DNA of 64,000 bases, taken from the sequence record ON528734; one strand, 5' to 3'. Positions 1 to 9,281 of this stretch are shown piece after piece. Every line of letters starts with the position of its first letter. Within the stretch, counting starts at the first letter, position 1. Both the position numbers and the translations under genes were made by a program. The notes under the pieces were generated by a model that had not been told where the DNA came from, did no database searches, and worked only from the letters and a program-made list of their open reading frames with translations. The DNA is from Shigella phage ESh24.

Positions 1-1074
1 TGTGAAAAAGCAGCTACACTTGCTAACACAAATCAGCTGAACCGTAAAATTCTTATTAACAGTCTTTACGGTGCTCTTGGTAATATTCATTTCCGTTACT
101 ATGATTTGCGAAATGCTACTGCTATCACAATTTTCGGCCAAGTTGGTATTCAGTGGATTGCTCGTAAAATTAATGAATATCTGAATAAAGTATGCGGAAC
201 TAATGGCGAAGATTTCATTGCAGCAGGTGATACTGATTCGGTATATGTTTGTGTAGATAAAGTTATTGAAAAAGTCGGTCTTGACCGATTCAAAGAGCAG
301 AACGATTTGGTTGAATTTATGAATCAGTTCGGTAAGAAAAAGATGGAACCTATGATTGATGTTGCATATCGTGAGTTATGTGATTATATGAATAACCGCG
401 AGCATCTGATGCATATGGATCGTGAAGCTATTTCTTGCCCTCCGCTTGGTTCAAAGGGTGTTGGTGGATTTTGGAAAGCGAAAAAGCGTTATGCTCTGAA
501 CGTTTATGATATGGAAGATAAGCGATTTGCTGAACCGCATCTAAAAATCATGGGTATGGAAACTCAGCAAAGTTCAACGCCTAAAGCGGTCCAAGAAGCT
601 CTTGAAGAAAGTATCCGTCGTATTCTTCAAGAAGGCGAAGAGTCTGTTCAAGAATATTATAAGAACTTTGAGAAAGAATATCGTCAACTTGACTATAAAG
701 TTATTGCTGAAGTAAAAACTGCGAACGATATAGCGAAATATGATGATAAAGGTTGGCCAGGATTTAAATGTCCGTTCCATATTCGTGGTGTGCTAACTTA
801 TCGTCGAGCTGTTAGCGGTTTAGGTGTAGCTCCAATTTTGGATGGAAATAAAGTAATGGTTCTTCCATTACGTGAAGGAAATCCATTTGGTGACAAATGC
901 ATTGCTTGGCCGTCGGGCACAGAACTTCCAAAAGAAATTCGTTCTGACGTACTGTCTTGGATTGACTACTCAACCTTGTTCCAAAAATCGTTTGTTAAAC
1001 CGCTTGCAGGCATGTGTGAATCGGCTGGTATGGACTATGAAGAAAAAGCTTCGTTAGACTTCCTGTTTGGCTGA
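1..1074 (+). CDS. 43: DNA polymerase gp43, C-terminal part (5' end outside window)
   Basis: Frame is open from position 1; translation contains KILINSLYGALG (family B polymerase motif B) and matches the recalled T4 gp43 C-terminus. Confidence 0.93.
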   Translation, partial: CEKAATLANTNQLNRKILINSLYGALGNIHFRYYDLRNATAITIFGQVGIQWIARKINEYLNKVCGTNGEDFIAAGDTDSVYVCVDKVIEKVGLDRFKEQNDLVEFMNQFGKKKMEPMIDVAYRELCDYMNNREHLMHMDREAISCPPLGSKGVGGFWKAKKRYALNVYDMEDKRFAEPHLKIMGMETQQSSTPKAVQEALEESIRRILQEGEESVQEYYKNFEKEYRQLDYKVIAEVKTANDIAKYDDKGWPGFKCPFHIRGVLTYRRAVSGLGVAPILDGNKVMVLPLREGNPFGDKCIAWPSGTELPKEIRSDVLSWIDYSTLFQKSFVKPLAGMCESAGMDYEEKASLDFLFG

Positions 1075-1087
1075 TAGAATAAATCTA

Positions 1088-1108
1088 GGGACCTCCGGGT
1101 CCCTTTTT
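1088..1108 (+). terminator. Rho-independent terminator after gene 43
   Basis: GGGACCTCCGGGTCCC hairpin followed by a T-run. Confidence 0.7.
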
Positions 1109-1190
1109 CATACAAGTAATATAAATCTATACTTAGGAAAAATAGATGATTCTGGACCCTTTGGATTCATTAAAAATTTTTCACAAAACT

Positions 1191-1221
1191 GTTTACATCC
1201 CTGTTCTTCCATGGTACTATA
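1191..1221 (+). promoter_or_regulatory. T4-type early promoter
   Basis: GTTTAC at 1191-1196, TACTAT at 1215-1220, about 18 bp apart, A/T-rich upstream. Confidence 0.6.
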
Positions 1222-1245
1222 CAACTATCAACTACTGATACAGAT

Positions 1246-1638
1246 TTGGAGAATGAAATGAAAATCACTATTTTGGTTATTGCATTAGGTCTTACTGGTT
1301 GTGTAGCTCAAGGACCGGTAGTAAATCAGTCTGATGTAGGAAAAATTGTAAATTGTTCAAGTAAATTTTATAATCCTAATGTCAAGTGTTATAAAGAAGC
1401 TCCAAAGCAAACAGTAGAACAAATGCAGGCGAATTTTGACGAAGCTATTCGTCCAGATGAATCTGCTCAAGCATATCGTAATTCGGATGTAATTACACGC
1501 GAAGAAAAAATTGAAAACTACTGCGCCGAGCTTTGGGCTAATTGGGCTAATAATTACCAATGGCGTACTGGTAAAAATGCTCCGATGGAGTATGTAGTGA
1601 ATTCTTATAATTCATGTGTAAAAAATTTGACTAAGTGA
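1246..1638 (+). CDS. Putative lipoprotein (imm.1-like position); start may be ATG 1258
   Basis: N-terminus MKITILVIALGLTGC resembles a signal peptide with lipobox; sits directly upstream of imm. Confidence 0.6.
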   Translation: MENEMKITILVIALGLTGCVAQGPVVNQSDVGKIVNCSSKFYNPNVKCYKEAPKQTVEQMQANFDEAIRPDESAQAYRNSDVITREEKIENYCAELWANWANNYQWRTGKNAPMEYVVNSYNSCVKNLTK

Positions 1639-1645
1639 GGAAAAC

Positions 1646-1897
1646 ATGGAAACTTTAGTAGCAGGTTCAATTTTTATGGTTTTAGTTTCAGGTGTGTTGG
1701 CTATTATTATATACATGCTTCCATGGTTTATCGCCTTGATGCGTGGGTCAAAATCGACAGTAGGAATCTTTTTCACATCTTTACTGTTTAACTGGTCAAT
1801 TATTGGTTGGTTTATTACATTTATTTGGTCAATTGCGGGTGAAACTAAAAAGTCTGCACAACCAAATCAGGTAATTATCATCAGAGAGAAGGAATGA
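1646..1897 (+). CDS. imm: Immunity to superinfection membrane protein Imm
   Basis: 83 aa with two hydrophobic helices; length and position between 43 and 42 match T4 imm. Confidence 0.8.
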   Translation: METLVAGSIFMVLVSGVLAIIIYMLPWFIALMRGSKSTVGIFFTSLLFNWSIIGWFITFIWSIAGETKKSAQPNQVIIIREKE

Positions 1898-2043
1898 AAA
1901 GCAAAATTATAACAGTGTTGCTTTTAATCTTGATGATTATAATAAGTATATACTATAGTGTAACGGTTCCTCTTATGATTCCAACTATTATTTTAGGTTG
2001 GGGTTTATTACTGTTACAAGTTAAATATGAATGTATCAATTGA
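1894..2043 (+). CDS. Small hydrophobic protein (49 aa)
   Basis: ATG overlaps the imm stop (ATGA); strongly hydrophobic translation. Confidence 0.45.
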   Translation: MKSKIITVLLLILMIIISIYYSVTVPLMIPTIILGWGLLLLQVKYECIN

Positions 2044-2050
2044 GGTTTAA

Positions 2051-2791
2051 ATGATTAGTGACTCTATGACAGTTGAAGAAATCCGTCTTCATTTAGGGCT
2101 TGCATTAAAAGAAAAAGATTTCGTAGTTGATAAAACTGGTGTTAAAACTATTGAAATTATTGGCGCATCATTTGTAGCAGATGAACCGTTTATTTTTGGC
2201 GCTCTTAATGATGAATACATTCAGCGTGAACTTGAATGGTATAAATCTAAGAGTTTGTTTGTTAAAGATATTCCAGGTGAAACACCAAAGATTTGGCAGC
2301 AGGTAGCATCTTCTAAAGGTGAAATTAACTCGAATTATGGTTGGGCTATCTGGTCAGAAGATAACTATGCTCAATATGACATGTGTTTAGCTGAACTTGG
2401 TCAAAATCCTGATTCTCGACGTGGTATCATGATTTATACTCGTCCATCCATGCAATTTGACTACAATAAAGATGGTATGTCAGATTTCATGTGTACTAAT
2501 ACAGTACAGTACCTGATTCGTGATAAGAAAGTCAATGCAGTAGTAAGCATGCGCTCAAATGACGTGGTCTTCGGATTCCGTAATGATTATGCATGGCAAA
2601 AATACGTATTAGATAAATTAGTATCTGATTTGAATGCAGGCGATTCAACTCGTCAGTATAAAGCAGGTTCTATTATATGGAATGTCGGAAGTCTTCATGT
2701 ATATTCTCGTCATTTTTACTTGGTTGATCATTGGTGGAATACTGGCGAAACTCATATTGTGAAAAAAGACTATAAAGGTGAGTGGAAATGA
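2051..2791 (+). CDS. 42: dCMP hydroxymethylase gp42
   Basis: 246 aa; thymidylate-synthase-like fold protein at the T4 gene 42 position. Confidence 0.9.
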   Translation: MISDSMTVEEIRLHLGLALKEKDFVVDKTGVKTIEIIGASFVADEPFIFGALNDEYIQRELEWYKSKSLFVKDIPGETPKIWQQVASSKGEINSNYGWAIWSEDNYAQYDMCLAELGQNPDSRRGIMIYTRPSMQFDYNKDGMSDFMCTNTVQYLIRDKKVNAVVSMRSNDVVFGFRNDYAWQKYVLDKLVSDLNAGDSTRQYKAGSIIWNVGSLHVYSRHFYLVDHWWNTGETHIVKKDYKGEWK

Positions 2792-3630
2792 TTCAATTCG
2801 TAATTCCAAGCTATCAACGTGTAGGGGCAGTTTCTGCCATTGATATGTTTCCGACTGATTATGAACCTCATATTGTAGTGCGTGAACACGAAGAAAAAGC
2901 TTATTATGATGCCTATGGGTCTAAAGCTAAAATTATAACTATTCCTGATGATGTAAACGGAATTGCCGGTACTCGTAAAGCAATTACTGATATGTATGCA
3001 GGTCAACGAATCTGGATGATTGACGATGATACTACTATTCGTATGAGTTCAATGCGAAAAAGAGATGACCGTCGTTGTGTAGATAAAGTCAATCAATTAA
3101 CCCGTGAACAGTTCTATGAATTGATTCAATACGTTGAAGATGCCATGGATTGCGGGTATTATCACGGTCATGCTCGGCTACCAATTTTTAAAATTACTTC
3201 ATCTTGGGGTAATTATCGTGAAAATTCATATGGATTCACGAATACATGGTATGACCTTGGAAAACTTACGACAGAACAAATTGGGTATGGAAAAATTGAT
3301 TTATGCGAAGATATGTATGCATTTCTCAATTTAATTAATCAAGGTTATCCGCATTTGGCCTTGTTCAAATATCTTGTTGTATCCGGAAAAGCACAGGCTC
3401 CTGGCGGGTGCAGTTCAATTCGTAGTAATTCTAAACATAATAGAGCGCTTGAGCAGATTAATAGAGAGTTTCCAGAGCAAGCTCGTTGGAAAACTTCTAA
3501 TATTGAAAAACGAAAATCGTTGGGTGAAGAAGATGAACCATTAAAGGTTCTTCGCATGTGTGTTTCGCGCAAAGAAAAATCAGAAGCATTTCATAAGTTT
3601 AATGCTATTCATCCGATAGCAGTTGATTAA
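2788..3630 (+). CDS. DNA glucosyltransferase, probably T2/T6-type beta-glucosyl-HMC-alpha-glucosyltransferase (not T4 beta-gt)
   Basis: ATG overlaps the gene 42 stop; 280 aa; sits at the beta-gt locus between 42 and uvsX but does not resemble the recalled 351-aa T4 beta-gt. Confidence 0.6.
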   Translation: MIQFVIPSYQRVGAVSAIDMFPTDYEPHIVVREHEEKAYYDAYGSKAKIITIPDDVNGIAGTRKAITDMYAGQRIWMIDDDTTIRMSSMRKRDDRRCVDKVNQLTREQFYELIQYVEDAMDCGYYHGHARLPIFKITSSWGNYRENSYGFTNTWYDLGKLTTEQIGYGKIDLCEDMYAFLNLINQGYPHLALFKYLVVSGKAQAPGGCSSIRSNSKHNRALEQINREFPEQARWKTSNIEKRKSLGEEDEPLKVLRMCVSRKEKSEAFHKFNAIHPIAVD

Positions 3631-3707
3631 TGCCTAAATTTATTGTGTTATAATTACTCTATCTTTAACCAGTGAGGAAAATATAATGATGCCTATGGAA
3701 AAAATGA

Positions 3708-4889
3708 ATGTCTATTGCAGATTTAAAATCCCGTTTGATTAAAGCTTCCACTTCTAAAATGACTGCTGAACTGACTACATCTAAATTCTTTAATGAAAAG
3801 GATGTAATCCGTACAAAAATCCCAATGCTTAATATTGCTATTTCTGGTGCGATTGATGGCGGTATGCAGTCTGGTTTAACTATTTTCGCAGGGCCTTCTA
3901 AACACTTTAAATCAAATATGTCTTTGACTATGGTTGCGGCATATTTGAACAAATATCCTGACGCGGTTTGTCTATTCTATGATAGTGAATTTGGTATTAC
4001 TCCAGCTTATTTGCGATCTATGGGAGTTGACCCGGAACGAGTAATTCATACACCAATCCAGTCAGTTGAACAGCTGAAAATTGATATGGTGAACCAGCTT
4101 GAAGCTATTGAGCGTGGTGAAAAAGTTATTGTATTCATCGACTCAATTGGTAATATGGCTTCCAAGAAAGAAACGGAAGATGCCTTGAATGAAAAATCTG
4201 TGGCAGATATGACTCGTGCTAAATCACTGAAGTCATTATTCCGTATTGTTACTCCTTATTTTAGTATTAAAAATATCCCATGTGTTGCGGTTAACCATAC
4301 AATTGAAACAATTGAAATGTTTAGTAAAACCGTGATGACAGGTGGTACAGGCGTAATGTATTCGGCTGATACCGTATTCATTATCGGTAAACGTCAGATT
4401 AAAGATGGTTCTGATCTTCAAGGGTATCAATTTGTTCTAAATGTAGAAAAATCTCGTACCGTTAAAGAAAAAAGTAAATTCTTTATTGATGTTAAATTTG
4501 ACGGCGGTATCGATCCTTATTCTGGATTGTTAGATATGGCTCTAGAATTAGGATTCGTGGTAAAACCTAAAAATGGTTGGTATGCTCGTGAATTTCTTGA
4601 TGAAGAAACCGGCGAGATGATTCGCGAAGAAAAATCTTGGCGTGCAAAAGATACTAATTGCACTACATTCTGGGGTCCTTTATTTAAGCATCAACCATTC
4701 CGAGATGCTATTAAACGTGCTTATCAGTTAGGTGCTATTGATAGTAATGAAATTGTTGAAGCTGAAGTTGATGAATTAATTAACTCAAAAGTTGAAAAAT
4801 TTAAATCTCCAGAAAGTAAAAGTAAATCAGCTGCTGATTTAGAAACTGACCTAGATCAGCTAAGTGATATGGAAGAATTTAATGAATAA
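3708..4889 (+). CDS. uvsX: RecA-like recombinase UvsX
   Basis: 393 aa; near-identical to recalled T4 UvsX (LKSRLIKASTSK..., Walker A GPSKHFKS). Confidence 0.95.
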   Translation: MSIADLKSRLIKASTSKMTAELTTSKFFNEKDVIRTKIPMLNIAISGAIDGGMQSGLTIFAGPSKHFKSNMSLTMVAAYLNKYPDAVCLFYDSEFGITPAYLRSMGVDPERVIHTPIQSVEQLKIDMVNQLEAIERGEKVIVFIDSIGNMASKKETEDALNEKSVADMTRAKSLKSLFRIVTPYFSIKNIPCVAVNHTIETIEMFSKTVMTGGTGVMYSADTVFIIGKRQIKDGSDLQGYQFVLNVEKSRTVKEKSKFFIDVKFDGGIDPYSGLLDMALELGFVVKPKNGWYAREFLDEETGEMIREEKSWRAKDTNCTTFWGPLFKHQPFRDAIKRAYQLGAIDSNEIVEAEVDELINSKVEKFKSPESKSKSAADLETDLDQLSDMEEFNE

Positions 4890-5226
4890 AGATGATTTAG
4901 ACTTAGATCTAGAAATTATCGATGAATCCCCCTCTTCGGAGGGGGAAGAAGAAAGAAAAGAACGTCTTTTTAATGAATCTCTTAAGATAATTAAATCTGC
5001 CATGGAAAATGTTATCCAGGAGATTGTCATTAAACTAGAAGATGGTTCTACACACATTGTGTATGTGACAAAATTAGATTGGGTTGATGGAAAAGTCGTA
5101 ATGGACTTTGCTGTTCTTGACCAAGAAAGAAAAGCTGAGTTAGCTCCTCATGTAGAAAAATGTATTACAATGCAACTACAAGATGCATTTAATAAAAGGT
5201 CAAAGAAAAAGTTTAAATTCTTTTAA
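4864..5226 (+). CDS. 40: gp40-like protein; start uncertain (4864 or 4882)
   Basis: 120-aa acidic ORF between uvsX and 41, as T4 gene 40. Confidence 0.65.
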   Translation: MIWKNLMNKDDLDLDLEIIDESPSSEGEEERKERLFNESLKIIKSAMENVIQEIVIKLEDGSTHIVYVTKLDWVDGKVVMDFAVLDQERKAELAPHVEKCITMQLQDAFNKRSKKKFKFF

Positions 5227-5235
5227 GGAGTAAGT

Positions 5236-6663
5236 GTGGTAGAAATTATTCTTTCTCATCTTATATTTGATCAAGCTTATTTTTCAAAAGTTTGGCCATA
5301 TATGGATTCAGAATATTTTGAAAGTGGTCCAGCTAAAAATACATTCAAATTAATTAAATCTCATGTTAATGAGTATCATAGCGTTCCATCTATCAATGCG
5401 TTAAATGTTGCATTAGAAAATAGTTCATTTACTGAAACAGAATATTCTGGTGTAAAAACACTTATTTCAAAACTGGCTGATTCTCCAGAAGACCACAGTT
5501 GGTTAGTAAAAGAAACAGAAAAATATGTTCAGCAAAGGGCGATGTTTAATGCTACGTCTAAAATAATCGAAATTCAAACTAATGCTGAGCTTCCTCCGGA
5601 AAAACGAAATAAGAAAATGCCGGATGTTGGTGCTATTCCTGACATCATGCGGCAAGCATTATCTATTTCATTTGATAGTTACGTTGGTCATGATTGGATG
5701 GATGACTATGAAGCACGTTGGCTATCTTATATGAATAAAGCTCGTAAAGTTCCATTTAAACTCAGAATTCTAAACAAAATTACTAAAGGCGGAGCTGAAA
5801 CAGGAACACTGAACGTTTTAATGGCTGGCGTTAACGTTGGTAAATCATTAGGACTTTGTTCATTAGCAGCAGATTATTTGCAGCTTGGTCATAACGTTCT
5901 TTATATCTCCATGGAAATGGCAGAAGAAGTCTGCGCTAAACGTATTGATGCTAATATGCTCGATGTTTCTCTTGACGATATTGATGATGGACATATTTCT
6001 TACGCTGAGTATAAAGGAAAAATGGAAAAATGGCGTGAGAAATCTACTCTCGGTCGTTTAATCGTTAAACAGTATCCTACTGGTGGAGCAGACGCTAATA
6101 CATTCAGGTCTCTCTTGAACGAATTGAAGCTCAAAAAGAATTTTGTTCCAACAATCATTATTGTCGACTATCTAGGTATTTGTAAATCTTGCCGCATTAG
6201 AGTTTATTCAGAAAATAGTTACACAACTGTTAAAGCTATTGCAGAGGAATTGCGTGCTCTGGCTGTTGAAACCGAAACTGTTCTTTGGACTGCAGCACAG
6301 GTCGGTAAACAAGCTTGGGACTCTTCTGATGTTAACATGAGCGATATTGCAGAATCTGCCGGTCTTCCAGCAACGGCTGATTTTATGCTTGCGGTCATTG
6401 AAACCGAGGAGCTAGCAGCTGCTGAACAACAACTCATTAAGCAAATCAAATCACGATATGGTGATAAGAATAAGTGGAATAAGTTTTTGATGGGTGTTCA
6501 AAAAGGAAATCAAAAATGGGTAGAAATTGAACAAGATTCTACTCCAAGTGAAGTGAGTGAGGTAGCAGGTTCACAACAGATTCAGGCTGAACAGAATCGC
6601 TATCAAAGAAACGAATCGACTCGAGCTCAGTTAGATGCTTTGGCAAATGAATTAAAATTTTAA
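5236..6663 (+). CDS. 41: Replicative DNA helicase gp41 (DnaB-like)
   Basis: 475 aa, GTG start after AAGGAG; Walker A GVNVGKS; matches T4 gp41 length. Confidence 0.95.
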   Translation: MVEIILSHLIFDQAYFSKVWPYMDSEYFESGPAKNTFKLIKSHVNEYHSVPSINALNVALENSSFTETEYSGVKTLISKLADSPEDHSWLVKETEKYVQQRAMFNATSKIIEIQTNAELPPEKRNKKMPDVGAIPDIMRQALSISFDSYVGHDWMDDYEARWLSYMNKARKVPFKLRILNKITKGGAETGTLNVLMAGVNVGKSLGLCSLAADYLQLGHNVLYISMEMAEEVCAKRIDANMLDVSLDDIDDGHISYAEYKGKMEKWREKSTLGRLIVKQYPTGGADANTFRSLLNELKLKKNFVPTIIIVDYLGICKSCRIRVYSENSYTTVKAIAEELRALAVETETVLWTAAQVGKQAWDSSDVNMSDIAESAGLPATADFMLAVIETEELAAAEQQLIKQIKSRYGDKNKWNKFLMGVQKGNQKWVEIEQDSTPSEVSEVAGSQQIQAEQNRYQRNESTRAQLDALANELKF

Positions 6664-6664
6664 T

Positions 6665-6700
6665 TTACAAGCTGACAAGACTATGGTATAGTAGTCTTGT
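6665..6700 (+). promoter_or_regulatory. Early promoter with 8-bp inverted repeat around the -10 element
   Basis: ATTTACA -35; CAAGACTA / TAGTCTTG arms flank TATGGTATAG. Confidence 0.5.
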
Positions 6701-6721
6701 TGGTTAAATGAGGAGATTGTT

Positions 6722-6904
6722 ATGGAATTGGTAAAGGTAGTTTTTATGGGGTGGTTTAAGAATGAAAGCATGTTTACTAAAGAAATCACAATGATGAAAG
6801 ATGACGTTCAATGGGCTACTACTCAATATGCTGAAGTTAATAAAGCATTAGTTAAAGCTTTCATTGATGACAAGAAAGTATGTGAAGTAGATTGCCGAGG
6901 ATAA
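6722..6904 (+). CDS. dmd: Dmd-like protein (discriminator of mRNA degradation, antitoxin against RnlA/LsoA)
   Basis: 60 aa, directly downstream of gene 41 as T4 gene 61.5 (dmd). Confidence 0.65.
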   Translation: MELVKVVFMGWFKNESMFTKEITMMKDDVQWATTQYAEVNKALVKAFIDDKKVCEVDCRG

Positions 6905-6905
6905 T

Positions 6906-7163
6906 ATGCATATTGTTTTATTTAAACCTACTTCGTATAACGTCAGGAAAAATACGCAATTCAAAGCACTTATTGCAGATACATGGGAATTGGTGTTAGA
7001 TATTCCAGCAGAAGAAAGTCCTCCATTTGGTCGAGTGGAATTTATTAAGTTTGCTGTACGTCCTACGAAGAGGCAGATTCGTCAGTGTAAAAGGTATTTT
7101 CGTAAGATCGTTAAGCTAGAAAAACAGTTTGTAACATGTGATTACACAGAAGTTTTAAAATAA
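6906..7163 (+). CDS. Hypothetical protein (61.4 position)
   Basis: 85-aa ORF in same orientation, tightly packed. Confidence 0.55.
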   Translation: MHIVLFKPTSYNVRKNTQFKALIADTWELVLDIPAEESPPFGRVEFIKFAVRPTKRQIRQCKRYFRKIVKLEKQFVTCDYTEVLK

Positions 7164-7165
7164 CT

Positions 7166-7198
7166 ATTTACTTTTGTTGGAAATTGAGATACTATATA
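7166..7198 (+). promoter_or_regulatory. Early promoter upstream of sp
   Basis: ATTTAC -35-like and TACTATAT -10-like elements. Confidence 0.45.
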
Positions 7199-7223
7199 AA
7201 CATAAACTACTGAGGAGATTATC

Positions 7224-7517
7224 ATGAAAAAATTTATCTTTGCCACAATTTTTGCTTTAGCTTCTTGTGCTGCTCAGCCTGCTATGGCAGGTTATGATAA
7301 AGATTTGTGCGAATGGTCTATGACTGCTGATCAGACTGAGGTTGAAACTCAAATTGAAGCAGATATTATGAATATCGTTGAGCGCGATCGCCCTGAAATG
7401 AAAGCTGAAGTGCAAAAACAGCTTAAGTCTGGTGGTGTAATGCAGTATAATTATGTTCTGTATTGCGATAAAAACTTTAATAATAAAAATATCATCGCTG
7501 AAGTGGTAGGTGAGTAA
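7224..7517 (+). CDS. sp: Spackle (Sp), periplasmic inhibitor of gp5 lysozyme
   Basis: 97 aa with N-terminal signal peptide MKKFIFATIFALASCAAQPAMA; matches T4 sp (61.3). Confidence 0.8.
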   Translation: MKKFIFATIFALASCAAQPAMAGYDKDLCEWSMTADQTEVETQIEADIMNIVERDRPEMKAEVQKQLKSGGVMQYNYVLYCDKNFNNKNIIAEVVGE

Positions 7518-7530
7518 TTAGAGGTTAAGT

Positions 7531-7887
7531 ATGTATAGTTCTGAATTTTCATATTTAAAAATGGAAAAAATTTCATACGATTTTATAGATGAAAAGGTTT
7601 ATTATAGTTTCCATGAACCACGTTTTAATAGTGAGGTTGGGTTTATTGTAGTAAAAGACAATTTTATTTTAAAAATATATTCAGCATTAAAGGATTTTCA
7701 TTACGAAAATATTAACCTAAAATTTAATAAAGAAAACGTTCGTAATTGCGCAGTAACAATTACAGGAAATAAAGGTACATGTGTTATGCTATCTGATGAA
7801 ATTAATGATTTGCTAAATGATGCAGAAAATATTACTGCGCCATCTATTGATGACCAAATTTTTAATGCTTTTATGAATAGAGGTTAA
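7531..7887 (+). CDS. Hypothetical protein (61.2 position)
   Basis: 118-aa ORF. Confidence 0.55.
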   Translation: MYSSEFSYLKMEKISYDFIDEKVYYSFHEPRFNSEVGFIVVKDNFILKIYSALKDFHYENINLKFNKENVRNCAVTITGNKGTCVMLSDEINDLLNDAENITAPSIDDQIFNAFMNRG

Positions 7888-7888
7888 T

Positions 7889-8053
7889 ATGAAAACATAT
7901 AAAGAATTTATCAAAGAAGATATGGTCGCTGGAGATTCAGGTGGTAATCCTGAAAATATCTCTACTGGAACAACATCAGGTGCTGTAGTAAATAAAGGTC
8001 CTGAACAGATTCCTAAAAAGAAAAAAGAGGAATCTAAAGAAAAAGAAGAGTAA
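7889..8053 (+). CDS. Hypothetical small protein (54 aa, 61.1 position)
   Basis: ATG 2 nt after the previous stop; Lys/Glu-rich C-terminus. Confidence 0.45.
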   Translation: MKTYKEFIKEDMVAGDSGGNPENISTGTTSGAVVNKGPEQIPKKKKEESKEKEE

Positions 8054-8055
8054 AA

Positions 8056-9084
8056 ATGTCATCAATACCTTGGATTGATAATGAGTTTGCATACCGTGCA
8101 TTAGCTCATTTACCTAAATTCACACAAGTAAATAATAGTTCAACTTTTAAATTGCGGTTTAGATGCCCAGTGTGTGGAGATTCAAAAACCGACCAGAATA
8201 AAGCTCGTGGATGGTATTATGGTGATAATAATGAAGGAAACATTCATTGTTATAACTGTAACTATCATGCACCAATCGGAATATATTTAAAGGAGTTTGA
8301 ACCTGATTTATATCGTGAGTATATCTTTGAAATAAGAAAAGAAAAAGGTAAAAGTCGTCCAGTAGAAAAACCTAAAGAACTTCCTAAACAACCTGAGAAG
8401 AAAATAATTAAATCTCTTCCGTCATGTGTTCGATTAGATAAACTGGCGGAAGACCATCCAATTATAAAATATGTAAAAGCTCGTTGTATTCCAAAGGATA
8501 AATGGAAATATCTTTGGTTTACAACCGAATGGCCTAAATTAGTTAATAGCATAGCACCGGGAACATATAAAAAGGAAATTTCTGAGCCTCGTCTTGTTAT
8601 TCCAATTTATAATGCTAATGGAAAAGCTGAGTCTTTTCAAGGACGTGCATTAAAGAAAGATGCTCCTCAAAAATATATCACCATCAAAGCTTATCCTGAG
8701 GCAACAAAAATCTATGGAGTCGAACGAGTTAAAGATGGTGATGTATATGTTCTAGAAGGACCTATAGATTCGCTTTTTATTGAAAATGGTATAGCTATTA
8801 CGGGTGGTCAATTAGACCTAGAAATTGTTCCATTTAAAGATAGACGTGTGTGGGTTTTAGATAATGAACCTCGTCATCCTGACACTATTAAGCGAATGAC
8901 TAAATTAGTTGATGCAGGAGAAAGGGTTATGTTTTGGGATAAATCTCCCTGGAAATCAAAAGATGTTAATGATATGATTAGAAAGGAAGGTGCAACCCCT
9001 GAACAAATTATGGAATATATGAAAAATAATATTGCCCAGGGGTTAATGGCTAAAATGCGGTTATCTAAATATGCTAAGATTTAA
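8056..9084 (+). CDS. 61: DNA primase gp61
   Basis: 342 aa; N-terminal zinc ribbon CPVCGDS...CYNC; matches T4 gp61. Confidence 0.95.
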   Translation: MSSIPWIDNEFAYRALAHLPKFTQVNNSSTFKLRFRCPVCGDSKTDQNKARGWYYGDNNEGNIHCYNCNYHAPIGIYLKEFEPDLYREYIFEIRKEKGKSRPVEKPKELPKQPEKKIIKSLPSCVRLDKLAEDHPIIKYVKARCIPKDKWKYLWFTTEWPKLVNSIAPGTYKKEISEPRLVIPIYNANGKAESFQGRALKKDAPQKYITIKAYPEATKIYGVERVKDGDVYVLEGPIDSLFIENGIAITGGQLDLEIVPFKDRRVWVLDNEPRHPDTIKRMTKLVDAGERVMFWDKSPWKSKDVNDMIRKEGATPEQIMEYMKNNIAQGLMAKMRLSKYAKI

Positions 9085-9281
9085 ATTAACCCAACTAAAG
9101 CAAATGCTAAATCTACGAATGTATCAAGAGTAACTACTGGAATACTAACGCCATGAGCAATAGCAACTGGCGATAAAACAAAATTCCAAAGTAAAATTCC
9201 TATCATAGCAGAAATAGTAAAAGCTATACGTTTCTTATTACCTTTTATGGCATTAACAAGTGCCATTAATTTTTGTACCAT
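9081..9281 (-). CDS. Small membrane protein (66 aa), convergent with gene 61
   Basis: Minus-strand ORF preceded by AAGGAGG 7 nt before its ATG; two predicted transmembrane segments. Confidence 0.45.
   Translation of the reverse strand: MVQKLMALVNAIKGNKKRIAFTISAMIGILLWNFVLSPVAIAHGVSIPVVTLDTFVDLAFALVGLI

Noticed and set aside
574-780. Minus-strand 68-aa ORF inside gene 43
   Set aside because: Lies wholly within the well-supported DNA polymerase frame on the opposite strand, with no RBS; typical AT-rich antisense artefact
1067-1261. 64-aa plus-strand ORF spanning the terminator and promoter after gene 43
   Set aside because: Covers a terminator hairpin and an early promoter; no RBS; the real downstream gene starts at 1246/1258
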